Assembly (NCBI GenBank): GCA_965215125.1
Contig: OZ244052.1
Coordinates: 1,536,001-1,600,000, forward strand
Reading direction: 5' to 3'
DNA from: an uncultured candidatus Porisulfidus sp.
GTDB lineage: Bacteria > Pseudomonadota > Gammaproteobacteria > Poriferisulfidales > Oxydemutatoraceae
Length of the DNA stretch: 64,000 nt
The translations under genes and the position numbers were made by a program. Positions 29,001 through 39,013 of the stretch are shown here, one piece after another. Within the stretch, counting starts at the first letter, position 1; each line of letters opens with the position of its first letter. The notes under the pieces were generated by a model. The model worked only from the letters and a program-made list of their open reading frames with translations, was not told the origin of the DNA and searched no databases.

Positions 29001-29585
29001 GTGGTTAGTCGGGCAGGCATTGATCTGATTGCAGGTTTAGGCAACCCCGGCACCGAGTACCGAAATAATCGACACAATGCAGGTTTTTGGTTCATAGATT
29101 ATTTAGCGAACATACACCGAGCACAATTCAGAGCGCATAATAAACTCAAAAGCACAATCTGCAGTATTATGCTTTCCGGTTGCCCCGTAAAACTGGTAAA
29201 ACCGAATGTGTTTATGAATGTTAGTGGTCAGGCACTCGCTGCCGTTATCCACTTTTATAAGCTAGACATGCAACGAATTTTAGTAGTTCACGACGAGATA
29301 GATTTTGAAACCGCAAAGATACGCATCAAATATGGCGGCGGACACGGAGGGCATAACGGATTATTGGATATTATTAGGCATCTGGGCAAGGATTTTTGGC
29401 GTTTGCGCATTGGTGTAGGACACCCCGGTTCTAAGGATAAAGTTGCGCCTTATGTTTTAGCAGACCCTAAAGCCGACGAGCGTCTCACAATAGACTCTTA
29501 TTTTCCGAAACTCTCCACCCTAGTTGAAGATATGGCAATGGGAGAATTTCAAAAAGCGATGGAAATTCTACATACGGAAGCATAG
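29001..29585 (+). CDS. pth: Peptidyl-tRNA hydrolase
   Basis: GLGNPG.EY..NRHNAGF, KP..FMN.SG, HDE.D, GGHNGL, RLRIGVGHPG. Confidence 0.96.
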   Translation: MVSRAGIDLIAGLGNPGTEYRNNRHNAGFWFIDYLANIHRAQFRAHNKLKSTICSIMLSGCPVKLVKPNVFMNVSGQALAAVIHFYKLDMQRILVVHDEIDFETAKIRIKYGGGHGGHNGLLDIIRHLGKDFWRLRIGVGHPGSKDKVAPYVLADPKADERLTIDSYFPKLSTLVEDMAMGEFQKAMEILHTEA

Positions 29586-29607
29586 CAATGCGGATAACGA
29601 CAGGCTC

Positions 29608-30696
29608 ATGGGATTTAAGTGCGGTATTATAGGCTTGCCCAACGTAGGCAAATCTACTCTATTTAATGCGTTAACCGGTGCGGATATTCCGGCAGAGAAT
29701 TATCCTTTTTGTACGATAGACCCGAACACCGGTGTTGTGGAAGTTCCGGACGAGCGGCTGGATCAATTAGCAGGGTTGGCATCTTCCGCTAAAAAAGTGC
29801 CGACCACGATTGAATTCGTAGATATTGCCGGCCTCGTCAAAGGAGCTTCAAAAGGTGAAGGGCTCGGTAATCAATTCTTGTCTCATATCAGAGGCACACA
29901 TGCGATTGTTCAGGTGCTGAGATGTTTTCAGGGTGAAGTAAGCCATGTGGAAGGAAAGGTTGACCCGTTGTCGGATGCTGAGACCATCAATACGGAATTA
30001 CTGCTTTCCGATTTAGAAATAGTTGATCGTGCATGTCGGCGTATTGCTAAAAATGCAAAATCGGGGAATAAGGAGGAAATTCTGAAAAAGCAGATACTGA
30101 AACAATTATATGAACACCTAGCCGAAGGAAATAGCATTCGCGGTTTAGATCTCAACGAAGTGCAGAAAACGCAAGTTCGAGAATTGGACTTGCTGAGTTC
30201 CAAGCCGATGATGCTAATTGCCAACATAGACGATCAAAACCTGAGAGAAAATGCGTATCGCGATCAATTGGCCCGATACGCAGCCGAGCAAGATATGGTT
30301 CTCGTTGAGGTATGCGCGAAATTTGAAGCAGAGCTGGTCGGTTTGGATAGAGCGGAGCAGCAGGAATTTATAGAAGATATAGGTTTGGAAAAAACCGGTT
30401 TGGAACGCGTTGCACAAGCGGGCTATCGCCTACTCGATTTACTCACATTTTTTACCGCAGGCCCTAAAGAGGCCAGAGCATGGACGGTTGTTCGAGGTGT
30501 AACTGCACCGCGTGCAGCAGCTTGCATACACGGTGATTTTGAGAAAGGCTTTATCCGCGCCGAGGTTATTGCCTACGAGGATTATATAAATCACGGAGGA
30601 GAACAAGGTGCTAAGGATGCCGGCAAATGGCGTCTTGAAGGCAAAGATTACATAATGCAAGAAGCCGACGTTGTGCACTTCCGATTTAATGTTTAA
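29608..30696 (+). CDS. ychF: Redox-regulated ATPase YchF
   Basis: GLPNVGKSTLFN, NYPFCTIDPN, DIAGLVKGASKGEGLGNQFL, HFRFNV. Confidence 0.97.
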   Translation: MGFKCGIIGLPNVGKSTLFNALTGADIPAENYPFCTIDPNTGVVEVPDERLDQLAGLASSAKKVPTTIEFVDIAGLVKGASKGEGLGNQFLSHIRGTHAIVQVLRCFQGEVSHVEGKVDPLSDAETINTELLLSDLEIVDRACRRIAKNAKSGNKEEILKKQILKQLYEHLAEGNSIRGLDLNEVQKTQVRELDLLSSKPMMLIANIDDQNLRENAYRDQLARYAAEQDMVLVEVCAKFEAELVGLDRAEQQEFIEDIGLEKTGLERVAQAGYRLLDLLTFFTAGPKEARAWTVVRGVTAPRAAACIHGDFEKGFIRAEVIAYEDYINHGGEQGAKDAGKWRLEGKDYIMQEADVVHFRFNV

Positions 30697-30712
30697 GGCC
30701 GATGGTTTAGTG

Positions 30713-31684
30713 CTATCTAGAAGTTGTATACTGTTTCTTCGCTAAAAGTACTCTTTGATTATAGTATTTGTTTGGCATAATATATCTCTTTATCCTTCTG
30801 AGCTCGAAGAGTACTAATATAATTGCAAACCTTAACATGAGTTTTATTCTTTTACACATGGCAAGCTGCATCATGAGGGTTGTCCATTTATTTCGTATAA
30901 AAAAACTCAATAATTCTTCGTGCGGCAGTTTACTGGGGTTCGGGACAGGATCTCTTTGCTCAATTAAACTGTATTTCATATAAGTACTATTGGGTCTTAT
31001 GCAGGGGGGGGTTATAAGTTTGGTATCAACTTCGGATACGTCCTGATCTCCGGTGACATCATCTATATAAATGTAATTTTTGTACGCAAGAGCGATTTCC
31101 TTCAGCTTCTTTGCTGCGGATAATCTTATTAGATAGCCCAATGTCGATTTCGCGTGTTCTCTAATTTTGCCGATATAATGTCCTTCGCATATCTGTTCCG
31201 AGAAATTACCGGGTAGGGCACCTAAGGTATAATTGTCATAAAGGCGAAACCTCTTCTCTTTGATTTTAGCATGTTTATAATATGACTTTAGCAACTCGGC
31301 AACTATATTCGATTGATGTGCTAGTAATAAAATCCCCCATTCTTTCTGTTGCAATTTTTCGGAGTTTAGAACATCGGGGAAAGAGGGCAATAATTTTGCA
31401 TCATCTTCTAACACACAAGCCATCTTGTGGTTATTTTGAATGACTTGATTATAGAATTCTATATGACTTAGCAGGCAACCCAGAGCACTGAGTCGATCGG
31501 TATCACCTGTTTGGTATGGATTTTCCATATCGAGTACTTTCAACTTGGGTTCTTGAAAATTATAAGCATCTACGGCTTCTATCACCCGATATTTTAGGTT
31601 GTAGGCATCGAGTTGTCTTTGTATATGCAGTCTACGTTCGGGTGTTCGCCTTAGACTGATAATATAAATAGGGATAGTCTGCAT
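30713..31684 (-). CDS. Glycosyltransferase family 25 (LPS/LOS)
   Basis: IYIISL...ERR, AVDA, GCLLSH, VLEDDA; AT-rich relative to flanks. Confidence 0.85.
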   Translation of the reverse strand: MQTIPIYIISLRRTPERRLHIQRQLDAYNLKYRVIEAVDAYNFQEPKLKVLDMENPYQTGDTDRLSALGCLLSHIEFYNQVIQNNHKMACVLEDDAKLLPSFPDVLNSEKLQQKEWGILLLAHQSNIVAELLKSYYKHAKIKEKRFRLYDNYTLGALPGNFSEQICEGHYIGKIREHAKSTLGYLIRLSAAKKLKEIALAYKNYIYIDDVTGDQDVSEVDTKLITPPCIRPNSTYMKYSLIEQRDPVPNPSKLPHEELLSFFIRNKWTTLMMQLAMCKRIKLMLRFAIILVLFELRRIKRYIMPNKYYNQRVLLAKKQYTTSR

Positions 31685-31789
31685 GTTTTTGAAATTTATC
31701 AATCCTTAGATAAGAATAACGATTATAACATTTTCCAATTCAAATTTTCGGGGAATTATCTCTGATAAAGTATAATTGTTTTCTACGGT

Positions 31790-31863
31790 GGCTATGTAGC
31801 TCAGTCGGTTAGAGCACGGCATTCATAATGCCGGGGTCGCTGGTTCAAGTCCAGCCATAGCCA
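31790..31863 (+). tRNA. tRNA-Met (elongator, anticodon CAT), 3' CCA not encoded
   Basis: Acceptor stem GGCTATG/CATAGCC, D arm AGCTCAGTCGGTTAGAGC, anticodon arm CGGCA-TTCATAA-TGCCG, T loop GGTTCAAGTCC; TATAAT at 31771. Confidence 0.95.
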
Positions 31864-31911
31864 TTTTACGATTAGCCCTATCGGTATAGATCTTAGACAG
31901 CTATCGCATAT

Positions 31912-32538
31912 TCACGACGAGTCAACACTTATCAACCTTGAAAACCATGAACGCGACTTTATCGGACAGTTGGCAATTTGTTCTCGGTACGCTACTGCGC
32001 GTTGTTTGACCTTAGTTGCTACTTTAAGTAGCCACGATTTTTGGTTATATGTTTTGCGCTTAAATCCTCCTCTACCTTCGTGATACGCTAGATAGAGCGA
32101 GTAGGCATCGTTGGGCGACAGCCCGAGTTCTCGAACGCTTTTGTTGTTATACCAGCCGATGAAATCGGTAGAATGTTTGAAACTATTGCGGCGAGCGTAC
32201 CAACGACCGGTTTCTTTTTTATATTCGCCCCAACTTGCGTCTAAAGCCTGAGAATAACCAGAGGCCGAAGACACTCTGCCGAACCACGGAATAAATCCGA
32301 GTAGTTTTTTTCTAGGCGGTTTTGCATTGCCTTTGAAAGACGACTCTTGGTGCACGAACGCCAAGGTGACTTCCATAGGAATCTTCCAACGTTCCTGAGA
32401 GGAGATGGCAGCTTTACGCCACGACTCCCTTTCTTCAAATATCTCGCAAGCGTTGTTGATATTTCTCGGTTGGGGTGTGGCACAAGCCGATAACAGTGTT
32501 ACGACAATTATCAAATAGCTATATTTATAATAAGTCAT
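31912..32538 (-). CDS. Lysozyme-like/SLT transglycosylase lipoprotein
   Basis: Lipobox LSAC, AFVHQESSF, SSA.GY.QALD..W, DFIGWY, YLAYHEG.GG; the ORF-track extension to 32601 lies inside a MITE. Confidence 0.85.
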   Translation of the reverse strand: MTYYKYSYLIIVVTLLSACATPQPRNINNACEIFEERESWRKAAISSQERWKIPMEVTLAFVHQESSFKGNAKPPRKKLLGFIPWFGRVSSASGYSQALDASWGEYKKETGRWYARRNSFKHSTDFIGWYNNKSVRELGLSPNDAYSLYLAYHEGRGGFKRKTYNQKSWLLKVATKVKQRAVAYREQIANCPIKSRSWFSRLISVDSS

Positions 32539-32540
32539 TT

Positions 32541-32738
32541 GAGGCTGTTGAAAAATAAGCACGATTAAAATATTTATCCATCTAATTGACGATAACAACA
32601 CGTCGGACTATCATGTCCGCCCTCAAGTTTAGTACTTGCACAAATCCAAACGCCGTGCACCACAGAACTCCGTAAACCATCCCCCACATGTCGGTTACAT
32701 TGCGGTTATATAACCATTGTATATTTTTCAGCAGCCTC
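32541..32738. mobile_element. 198-bp MITE with IS1182-type ends and a 4-bp target duplication
   Basis: GAGGCTGTTGAAAAATA (32541-32557) and TATTTTTCAGCAGCCTC (32722-32738), 16/17 inverted match; ATTT directly flanks both sides. Confidence 0.75.
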
Positions 32739-32751
32739 ATTTTAGTAATTT

Positions 32752-33585
32752 TTACTGCTTCGCTTTCAGCAAAATACGGTCAAACATACGATCGCTTAGC
32801 CATTTTTTCATATGCCAAAGTACGATTACCGGAAATGTGATGCGATAACGCGTACGAGGATGCTTGCTTTCAAGTGCATGTATCAGCTTTTTGACTACGG
32901 CTTCGGGTGGAAGCGTGAACGAAACCGCCGGACCTATTACTTCCAACCGTTCAATCATTTTGCTATAACGATCAATATGAGAACTCTCTTGCTTGTTAAT
33001 AATACTCTCTAAGGTTCTCAAGCTATTTTGTCTAAAGCGTGTATCTATAGGACCTGGTTCCAAAATCGATATTTTGATATTGGTGTCGGCCATTTCCAAA
33101 CGTAGCGTATCGGTCCATCCTTCTAATGCATGCTTGCTGGCGGTATAAGCCCCGCGTAATGGTAGTGCGAATACACCTAGACCCGACCCGTTTTGTATTA
33201 TACGTCCGTGTTTTTGTCGACGCATTACGGAGATTGCAAGACATGTTAATTCGTGCCAACCGAAAAGATTGGTTTCAAACTGTAGCCGTAATTGTTCACG
33301 ACTCAAATCTTCAATGGCTCCGACTTGACCGTAACCACCGTTGTTGAACAGTGCATCAAGAGTACCGTCATTTTTTTGCATTACCCAATCAAAGCACTCC
33401 CGAATACTGTCCGATGAGTTCAAGTCAAGTTTTGCCACTTCAAAACCTTGTTCGCGAAGACGCGCTAGATCACTGTCTTTTCGTGCAGTTGCAAAAACCC
33501 TGTAGCCTCGTTTTTTTAATTCAACGGCAGCACTATAACCTATGCCGGTAGAACATCCGGTTATTAAAATAGTAGGTGCAGGCAT
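32752..33585 (-). CDS. Short-chain dehydrogenase/reductase (YbbO-like)
   Basis: TGCSTGIG, LFNNGGYG, YTASK, EPGPI. Confidence 0.9.
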   Translation of the reverse strand: MPAPTILITGCSTGIGYSAAVELKKRGYRVFATARKDSDLARLREQGFEVAKLDLNSSDSIRECFDWVMQKNDGTLDALFNNGGYGQVGAIEDLSREQLRLQFETNLFGWHELTCLAISVMRRQKHGRIIQNGSGLGVFALPLRGAYTASKHALEGWTDTLRLEMADTNIKISILEPGPIDTRFRQNSLRTLESIINKQESSHIDRYSKMIERLEVIGPAVSFTLPPEAVVKKLIHALESKHPRTRYRITFPVIVLWHMKKWLSDRMFDRILLKAKQ

Positions 33586-33603
33586 TTACTCGGAGTTTCG
33601 TCT

Positions 33604-33936
33604 TTAGTTGTCAAAAAGAGGACAATTATAAATCTTGAAAGATTGTTTGCCCTCTTCAAGAGCCCCGGCAGGCAATATCATATTACCGCCGATTCTTGCT
33701 GCGAAGTTACGCGCCTCTATAGTTAATTGCTTTTTGATTCGCTCTTCTTTCATCCATTTAATACGTGTCGGTGAAAGCGATAGACGCGTACTTCCTAATA
33801 TTTGGCACTGTTTGAGATCGGATTCTTCGCCTACATTAACTTTGCTTCCTTGTAGCGTAAGCTCGGTCGAGGCGCAGCCGGTTATAACAACTAGCGATAC
33901 GAGTAAAAAAACAATATTTTTTATAGTATTCATCAC
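33604..33936 (-). CDS. DUF4156-like lipoprotein
   Basis: Lipobox ITGC, LT..G.KV, C..LG, ARN.AA..GGN, Y.C. Confidence 0.7.
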   Translation of the reverse strand: MMNTIKNIVFLLVSLVVITGCASTELTLQGSKVNVGEESDLKQCQILGSTRLSLSPTRIKWMKEERIKKQLTIEARNFAARIGGNMILPAGALEEGKQSFKIYNCPLFDN

Positions 33937-33937
33937 A

Positions 33938-35656
33938 TTAGTTCGGTTGAATTTTTTCTATTATAGATTGCGCGGTTGTTTTTGCATCGGTATATTTTAA
34001 TACGTTTTCTGCTCGGTTTCGGCGTTCAATCAATTCAATTTCATTTTGTGCGAGCCTGCGTTTGCTTATTACCACGCGCCACGGCAAGCCCAATAGTTCG
34101 CTATCGGAGAACATCACCCCGGCGCGCACATCTCGATCGTCTAAAAGGACTTCGATCCCCATATCGCGTAAGGCGTTGTATAGATTTTCACTTTCCTGCT
34201 TCACTTTCGGGTCACGGTGATATTGTATAGGAGTGAGAGATAGCATAAAAGGTGCCATTGCCGATGGCCAAATAATTCCCGCTTCGTCGTGGTTTTGTTC
34301 TATTGCAGCGGCGACGATACGCGATACACCGATTCCATAGCATCCCATAAGCATCGTCATAGGTCGGTCGTTTTCATCCAGTACAGTTGCATTCATCGCT
34401 TCGCTATATTTAGTACCGAGCTTGAAGATATGTCCGACCTCTATGCCGCGTCGTATGCGTATGTGTCCGTGCCCACTCGGACTAGGGTCGCCTTCCTCTA
34501 TATTCCGCAAATCGTATGTTTGCGGTTCCGGTAGATCGCGTCCCCAATTCATACCGCTGTAGTGATAACCCTGTTCGTTGGCACCGGCGACGAAATCAAC
34601 CATTTTAGCTGCCGCATAATCGGCAATGATCGGGATGTCCATTCCTAGAGGACCGAGTGAACCGGGAGGACATTTTATATGTTCCACAATTTCTGCATGT
34701 TCGGCAAACTCTATAGGATCCTTGATAGCGGGATGTTTTACGGCTTTGCTAACATTCAGTGTATGATCGCCGCGCAAGAAAAGTGCCGTCAAAGTGCTTT
34801 CGGTGCCTTTAAGAATCAGTGTTTTTAGGCATTTTTTTTCGTCAACTTTCATAAATTGCGCAAGCTCGGCGATACTCTCAATGTCCGGTGTTGCAATTTT
34901 GTTCAAATGCTCTCTTGCCGTATGCCGTTCTCCTTCATTCGGTGTCGGTGCAAGCTCTACATTAGCCGCATAGTCGTCGTCGTCCGAGAATGCGATAGCG
35001 TCTTCTCCCGAATTTGCAAGCACATGAAATTCGTGCGAGGCATTACCGCCGATGCTACCGGTATCCGCCAATACCGATCGACAATCTAATCCGAGCCGTC
35101 TAAATATAGCATGATACGCACGATACATCGTTTGATAACACTCGTCCAACGATTTCTCGTCGGCGTGAAACGAATAAGCATCCTTCATAATGAATTCCCG
35201 GGCGCGCATTACTCCGAAACGCGGTCGGATTTCATCGCGAAATTTGGTTTGAATCTGATAGTAATTAACGGGTAGTTGACGATAGCTACGTAATTCGCGC
35301 CGAGCGAGATCGGTGATCACCTCCTCGTGCGTAGGCGCGAAGACAAAATCGTTTTGATGGCGGTCGGTGATGCGCAACAGTTCGGCTCCGTAGTGTTCCC
35401 AGCGCGCCGATTCTTGCCATAGTTCCGCAGGCTGTATCGCCGGCATTAACAACTCAACGGCACCTGCGGTGTTCATCTCTTTGCGAACAATGTCGGCAAC
35501 TTTATGCAATACGCGCAACCCCATCGGCAACCATGTATAAAGCCCGGACGAGAGCTTGCGTATCATTCCTGCTCGTAGCATTAGTCGGTGGCTGATTATT
35601 TCTGCATCGGCAGGTGTTTCTTTTAGCGTGTTTAGAGGGAATAGAGAGATGCGCAT
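33938..35656 (-). CDS. proS: Proline--tRNA ligase
   Basis: [56 protein letters not shown]. Confidence 0.98.
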   Translation of the reverse strand: MRISLFPLNTLKETPADAEIISHRLMLRAGMIRKLSSGLYTWLPMGLRVLHKVADIVRKEMNTAGAVELLMPAIQPAELWQESARWEHYGAELLRITDRHQNDFVFAPTHEEVITDLARRELRSYRQLPVNYYQIQTKFRDEIRPRFGVMRAREFIMKDAYSFHADEKSLDECYQTMYRAYHAIFRRLGLDCRSVLADTGSIGGNASHEFHVLANSGEDAIAFSDDDDYAANVELAPTPNEGERHTAREHLNKIATPDIESIAELAQFMKVDEKKCLKTLILKGTESTLTALFLRGDHTLNVSKAVKHPAIKDPIEFAEHAEIVEHIKCPPGSLGPLGMDIPIIADYAAAKMVDFVAGANEQGYHYSGMNWGRDLPEPQTYDLRNIEEGDPSPSGHGHIRIRRGIEVGHIFKLGTKYSEAMNATVLDENDRPMTMLMGCYGIGVSRIVAAAIEQNHDEAGIIWPSAMAPFMLSLTPIQYHRDPKVKQESENLYNALRDMGIEVLLDDRDVRAGVMFSDSELLGLPWRVVISKRRLAQNEIELIERRNRAENVLKYTDAKTTAQSIIEKIQPN

Positions 35657-35783
35657 AGACTATATTTTGGGTGATTTTTCTATATTTTTACTCGGTATCC
35701 GCATATCATACATCATTCTTGCATATCTTTATATGAGGCTTCTATTATATCGTGTATGATATGTATTTTTATTGAATGGCTCT

Positions 35784-36851
35784 ATGGCTTCCTTAGTAAC
35801 ACAATGGTTTAATAAAGTTCTCTCGAACGCACAGTTGGTGGTACTGATTGTATTGCTGGTGGCAGTTGTAATCGTACTGAATGTAGCGAGCGATATATTA
35901 ACGCCGCTAATCATCGCCTTAGTTTTGGCTTATATCCTCGACGGTGCGGTTGATTTGCTAAAGCAGTGGAATCTTTCGTCGACGTTGGCACTGACTGCCG
36001 TTTATCTTTTGTTTATCGGCATCGTGCTATTTATTTTAGTGGTGCTGTTACCGTTGATGACGGTAGAGATCACCGACTTCTTGCGCGACCTGCCGGCGAT
36101 TGCCAGCCGAGGTCAGCAATTACTATTGCAACTGCCTCAAATCTATCCCGAGTTTATAGAGGAGCGACAAATCACTAATTTTATTGCCAGTCTACGCGAA
36201 GAAATTGCCGATATAGGACAAAGCGTATTGAGCACTTTGCTTGTTTCGATTCAAGGCTTTATCACGGTTTTGGTTTATTTGGTGTTGGTGCCTTTGCTGG
36301 TCTTTTTCTTTTTGAAAGACAAAGATTTATTGCTCGGCTGGGCTGCCAAACTTTTGCCGCGTGAGGAAAACCGTGCATTGACCACGCAAGTGTGGCAAGA
36401 AGCCAATCAGAAGGTTTCAAACTATATACGCGGCAAGCTCCTGGAGATATTGATAGTTTGGGTGGTTTCGTGGATAGTCTTTGCGGCACTGGGCTTGAAC
36501 TATGCCCCGTTGCTGTCCTTTTTGGTCGGCATTTCGGTCATCGTTCCTTTCTTGGGAGCCGCAGTTATGACGCTACCGGTGGCAATGGTTGCTTATGCAC
36601 AATGGGGTCTTTCCGCAGAGTTCGTTTATCTGATGATTGCCTATGCCGTTATTCAATTTCTCGACGGCAACTTGCTTGTTCCTTTTCTGTTTTCGGAGGT
36701 AGTCAACCTGCATCCGGTGGCAATTATTTCGGCAATACTGATCTTCGGTGGCATCTGGGGGGTATGGGGTGTCTTCTTTGCTATTCCTCTGGCGACGGTA
36801 GTCAACGCAGTATTGAAAGCCTGGCCGCGTGAACCCCAGCCGATATCTTAA
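35784..36851 (+). CDS. AI-2E family transporter (PerM-like)
   Basis: Multi-TM protein, YIRGK..EI, IQ.LDGN.LVP.LFSE..NLHP, WG.WGVFFAIPLA. Confidence 0.88.
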   Translation: MASLVTQWFNKVLSNAQLVVLIVLLVAVVIVLNVASDILTPLIIALVLAYILDGAVDLLKQWNLSSTLALTAVYLLFIGIVLFILVVLLPLMTVEITDFLRDLPAIASRGQQLLLQLPQIYPEFIEERQITNFIASLREEIADIGQSVLSTLLVSIQGFITVLVYLVLVPLLVFFFLKDKDLLLGWAAKLLPREENRALTTQVWQEANQKVSNYIRGKLLEILIVWVVSWIVFAALGLNYAPLLSFLVGISVIVPFLGAAVMTLPVAMVAYAQWGLSAEFVYLMIAYAVIQFLDGNLLVPFLFSEVVNLHPVAIISAILIFGGIWGVWGVFFAIPLATVVNAVLKAWPREPQPIS

Positions 36852-36874
36852 ATGTACTCAGTATTTTGTAAAAG

Positions 36875-37741
36875 ATGAATGATTACGAAGAATTTAAGAA
36901 GCGGTTTAAATTATTGGCTAGCAAAAACAAGCATCTAATTATAAATACCTTGTCTAATATTTTTACAATGCGCTTAATCGGGAATAAAACCCATGGTGAC
37001 TTAGCAGAAATTGGTATAGTAGAGTTTATTAACCAATTTATGTACGATTTTACAAGCGAACATGTTGGTAAAGATAGATTTAGAGCGAAAGATTATGAAG
37101 AGGATATAGTAATTATTAATGAGATAACAAAAACGGAATTTTCTGTTAGTCTAAAAGCATATGGTTATGGGCCTTTACAATTGTCAACAGATAAAAATCA
37201 AAAACTTTTTTCTTTCCTTAATCAAAAAAAACGAGAAAAAAGCATTACCAATAAAACACATATTAATGACATTTTTAATTCCGTAGAGTTTAAAGATTAT
37301 GGCATGATTAATATCATGCCCCTGATTTATAAAGAAAAGGAGAAAAAGTGCAATATCATGGTTTTCAATTATCCTAAGGCTATAAAAGAAACTAAATGTA
37401 TCAGCTTTATTCAGAAAAATGAAACATTTTCTAAAGGGAAGATTATAAAACGAAAAGGTAGAAAGCATCCTTTATTTTTATTTACCGACTCTAATGGAAA
37501 TTATATATGCGAAGTAAGGTACGGAGATGCTTCTTCAAATGCATTACAGCGAGGTCTCTGGACAAATACTAAACATGCCGCCTCTTATTTTGACTCGCTG
37601 ACGAATGGTTGGATAGATTATTCTCATAATGAAACCCTAGTGAAGTTGTTCCGCCTTGCATTGAATAGTACTAGACAGGCTCATGAATTAGTCAATAAAT
37701 CTTTGCAAGAAGATATTGAATCCTTAAAGGAGGCAAGATGA
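36875..37741 (+). CDS. Putative type II restriction endonuclease
   Basis: AT-rich, Lys-rich ORF overlapping (ATGA) a methyltransferase; PD-(D/E)xK-like EDIVI...VSLKAY. Confidence 0.6.
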   Translation: MNDYEEFKKRFKLLASKNKHLIINTLSNIFTMRLIGNKTHGDLAEIGIVEFINQFMYDFTSEHVGKDRFRAKDYEEDIVIINEITKTEFSVSLKAYGYGPLQLSTDKNQKLFSFLNQKKREKSITNKTHINDIFNSVEFKDYGMINIMPLIYKEKEKKCNIMVFNYPKAIKETKCISFIQKNETFSKGKIIKRKGRKHPLFLFTDSNGNYICEVRYGDASSNALQRGLWTNTKHAASYFDSLTNGWIDYSHNETLVKLFRLALNSTRQAHELVNKSLQEDIESLKEAR

Positions 37742-38871
37742 TTGCTCGGCAGCTAGATCTCCTCAACGCTTCTCCTGTGTCCATACCGCGTACCGAGGGA
37801 ATAAAGTATGTAGGTTCAAAGTTAAAAATCCTCCCTTATATACTCAACCTAAGTTCTAAGTTGACCGGAGTTAATAAAGTTTTGGATGGTTTTAGCGGGT
37901 CAACTAGAGTTTCCCAAGCGTTTGCACAACTGGGCTATCAAGTAACCGCAAACGATATCGCAGTATGGTCGGAAGTCTTTGCCGTTTGCTATCTTCAATC
38001 GAAGAAAGACGATGCTTTTTATCAAGAGATATTAGACCATTTGAATAACTTAAAAGGCTATGCCGGCTGGTATACCGAGAGATACGGGGGTGAGTCGATC
38101 GGCGGTAAAAAACCTTTTCAGGCAAAAAACACCCGAAAGTTAGATGCCGTCCGTGATGAAATTGAAAAGCTAAACTTGGCATGGGAAGACAAGTGTGTGA
38201 TTTTGACGAGTTTAATTTATGCGCTCGATACCGTCGACAGTACCTTGGGGCATTATGTGTCGTACTTATCGAAATGGTCGCCGCGCTCGTATCGGGATTT
38301 GTTTCTAAGGTTGCCTAAAAGATTTAAGCATCGCGGCGAACACCAAGTAATGCGCGGTGATATTTTCGATGTTGTAAAAAGCCATAAGTTTGATTTTGCG
38401 TATTTTGATCCGCCTTATGGTTCGAATAATGAGAAAATGCCTCCGAGTCGAGTTAGATATGCCGCTTACTATCATATATGGACGACGATTATCAAACACG
38501 ATAAGCCCGATGTCTTCGGCAAAGTCAATCGGAGAACCGATAGTAGAGATTTGCAATGTGCATCGGTATTCGAGGAATTCAGAAAAGATAAAGACGGGGA
38601 GTATATAGCGATGAAAGCATTAAACGAACTCATCCAAAGAACGAAGGCTCGCTATATTCTATTGTCTTACAGCTCCGGCGGCAGAACCACAAAAAAAGAA
38701 CTCGGTAATATAATCGACGGGATAGGTACCCTACTAGAGTTTGTTGAAGTGAACTACAAAAGAAACGTGATGGCGGATATGTGTTGGTCTAAAGAGTGGG
38801 TGAACGATAACGCCGAACATAGAGAGTACTTATTTTTAATCGAGCATAGAACCGCTAGGTCAATCGGCTAA
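37738..38871 (+). CDS. DNA adenine methyltransferase (D12/Dam-like class)
   Basis: KYVGSK, LDGFSGS, ND, YFDPPY, LSYS. Confidence 0.88.
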   Translation: MIARQLDLLNASPVSIPRTEGIKYVGSKLKILPYILNLSSKLTGVNKVLDGFSGSTRVSQAFAQLGYQVTANDIAVWSEVFAVCYLQSKKDDAFYQEILDHLNNLKGYAGWYTERYGGESIGGKKPFQAKNTRKLDAVRDEIEKLNLAWEDKCVILTSLIYALDTVDSTLGHYVSYLSKWSPRSYRDLFLRLPKRFKHRGEHQVMRGDIFDVVKSHKFDFAYFDPPYGSNNEKMPPSRVRYAAYYHIWTTIIKHDKPDVFGKVNRRTDSRDLQCASVFEEFRKDKDGEYIAMKALNELIQRTKARYILLSYSSGGRTTKKELGNIIDGIGTLLEFVEVNYKRNVMADMCWSKEWVNDNAEHREYLFLIEHRTARSIG

Positions 38872-39013
38872 CATCGGCAACTCTATTTGTCGGGTAGCCT
38901 TCCCGTGACTGTGTCGGTACAAATAGCAGTATAATAGGCACTAACGGTTGCCTCAACGGGTGATAAACTTATAAGGCAAATTCCTATTTAGAAACTGATA
39001 TATTAAGGAAGCA

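Noticed and set aside
31790-31911. tRNA-Met as an integration site of a prophage or island
   Set aside because: No integrase nearby and I found no duplicated tRNA 3' end in the window
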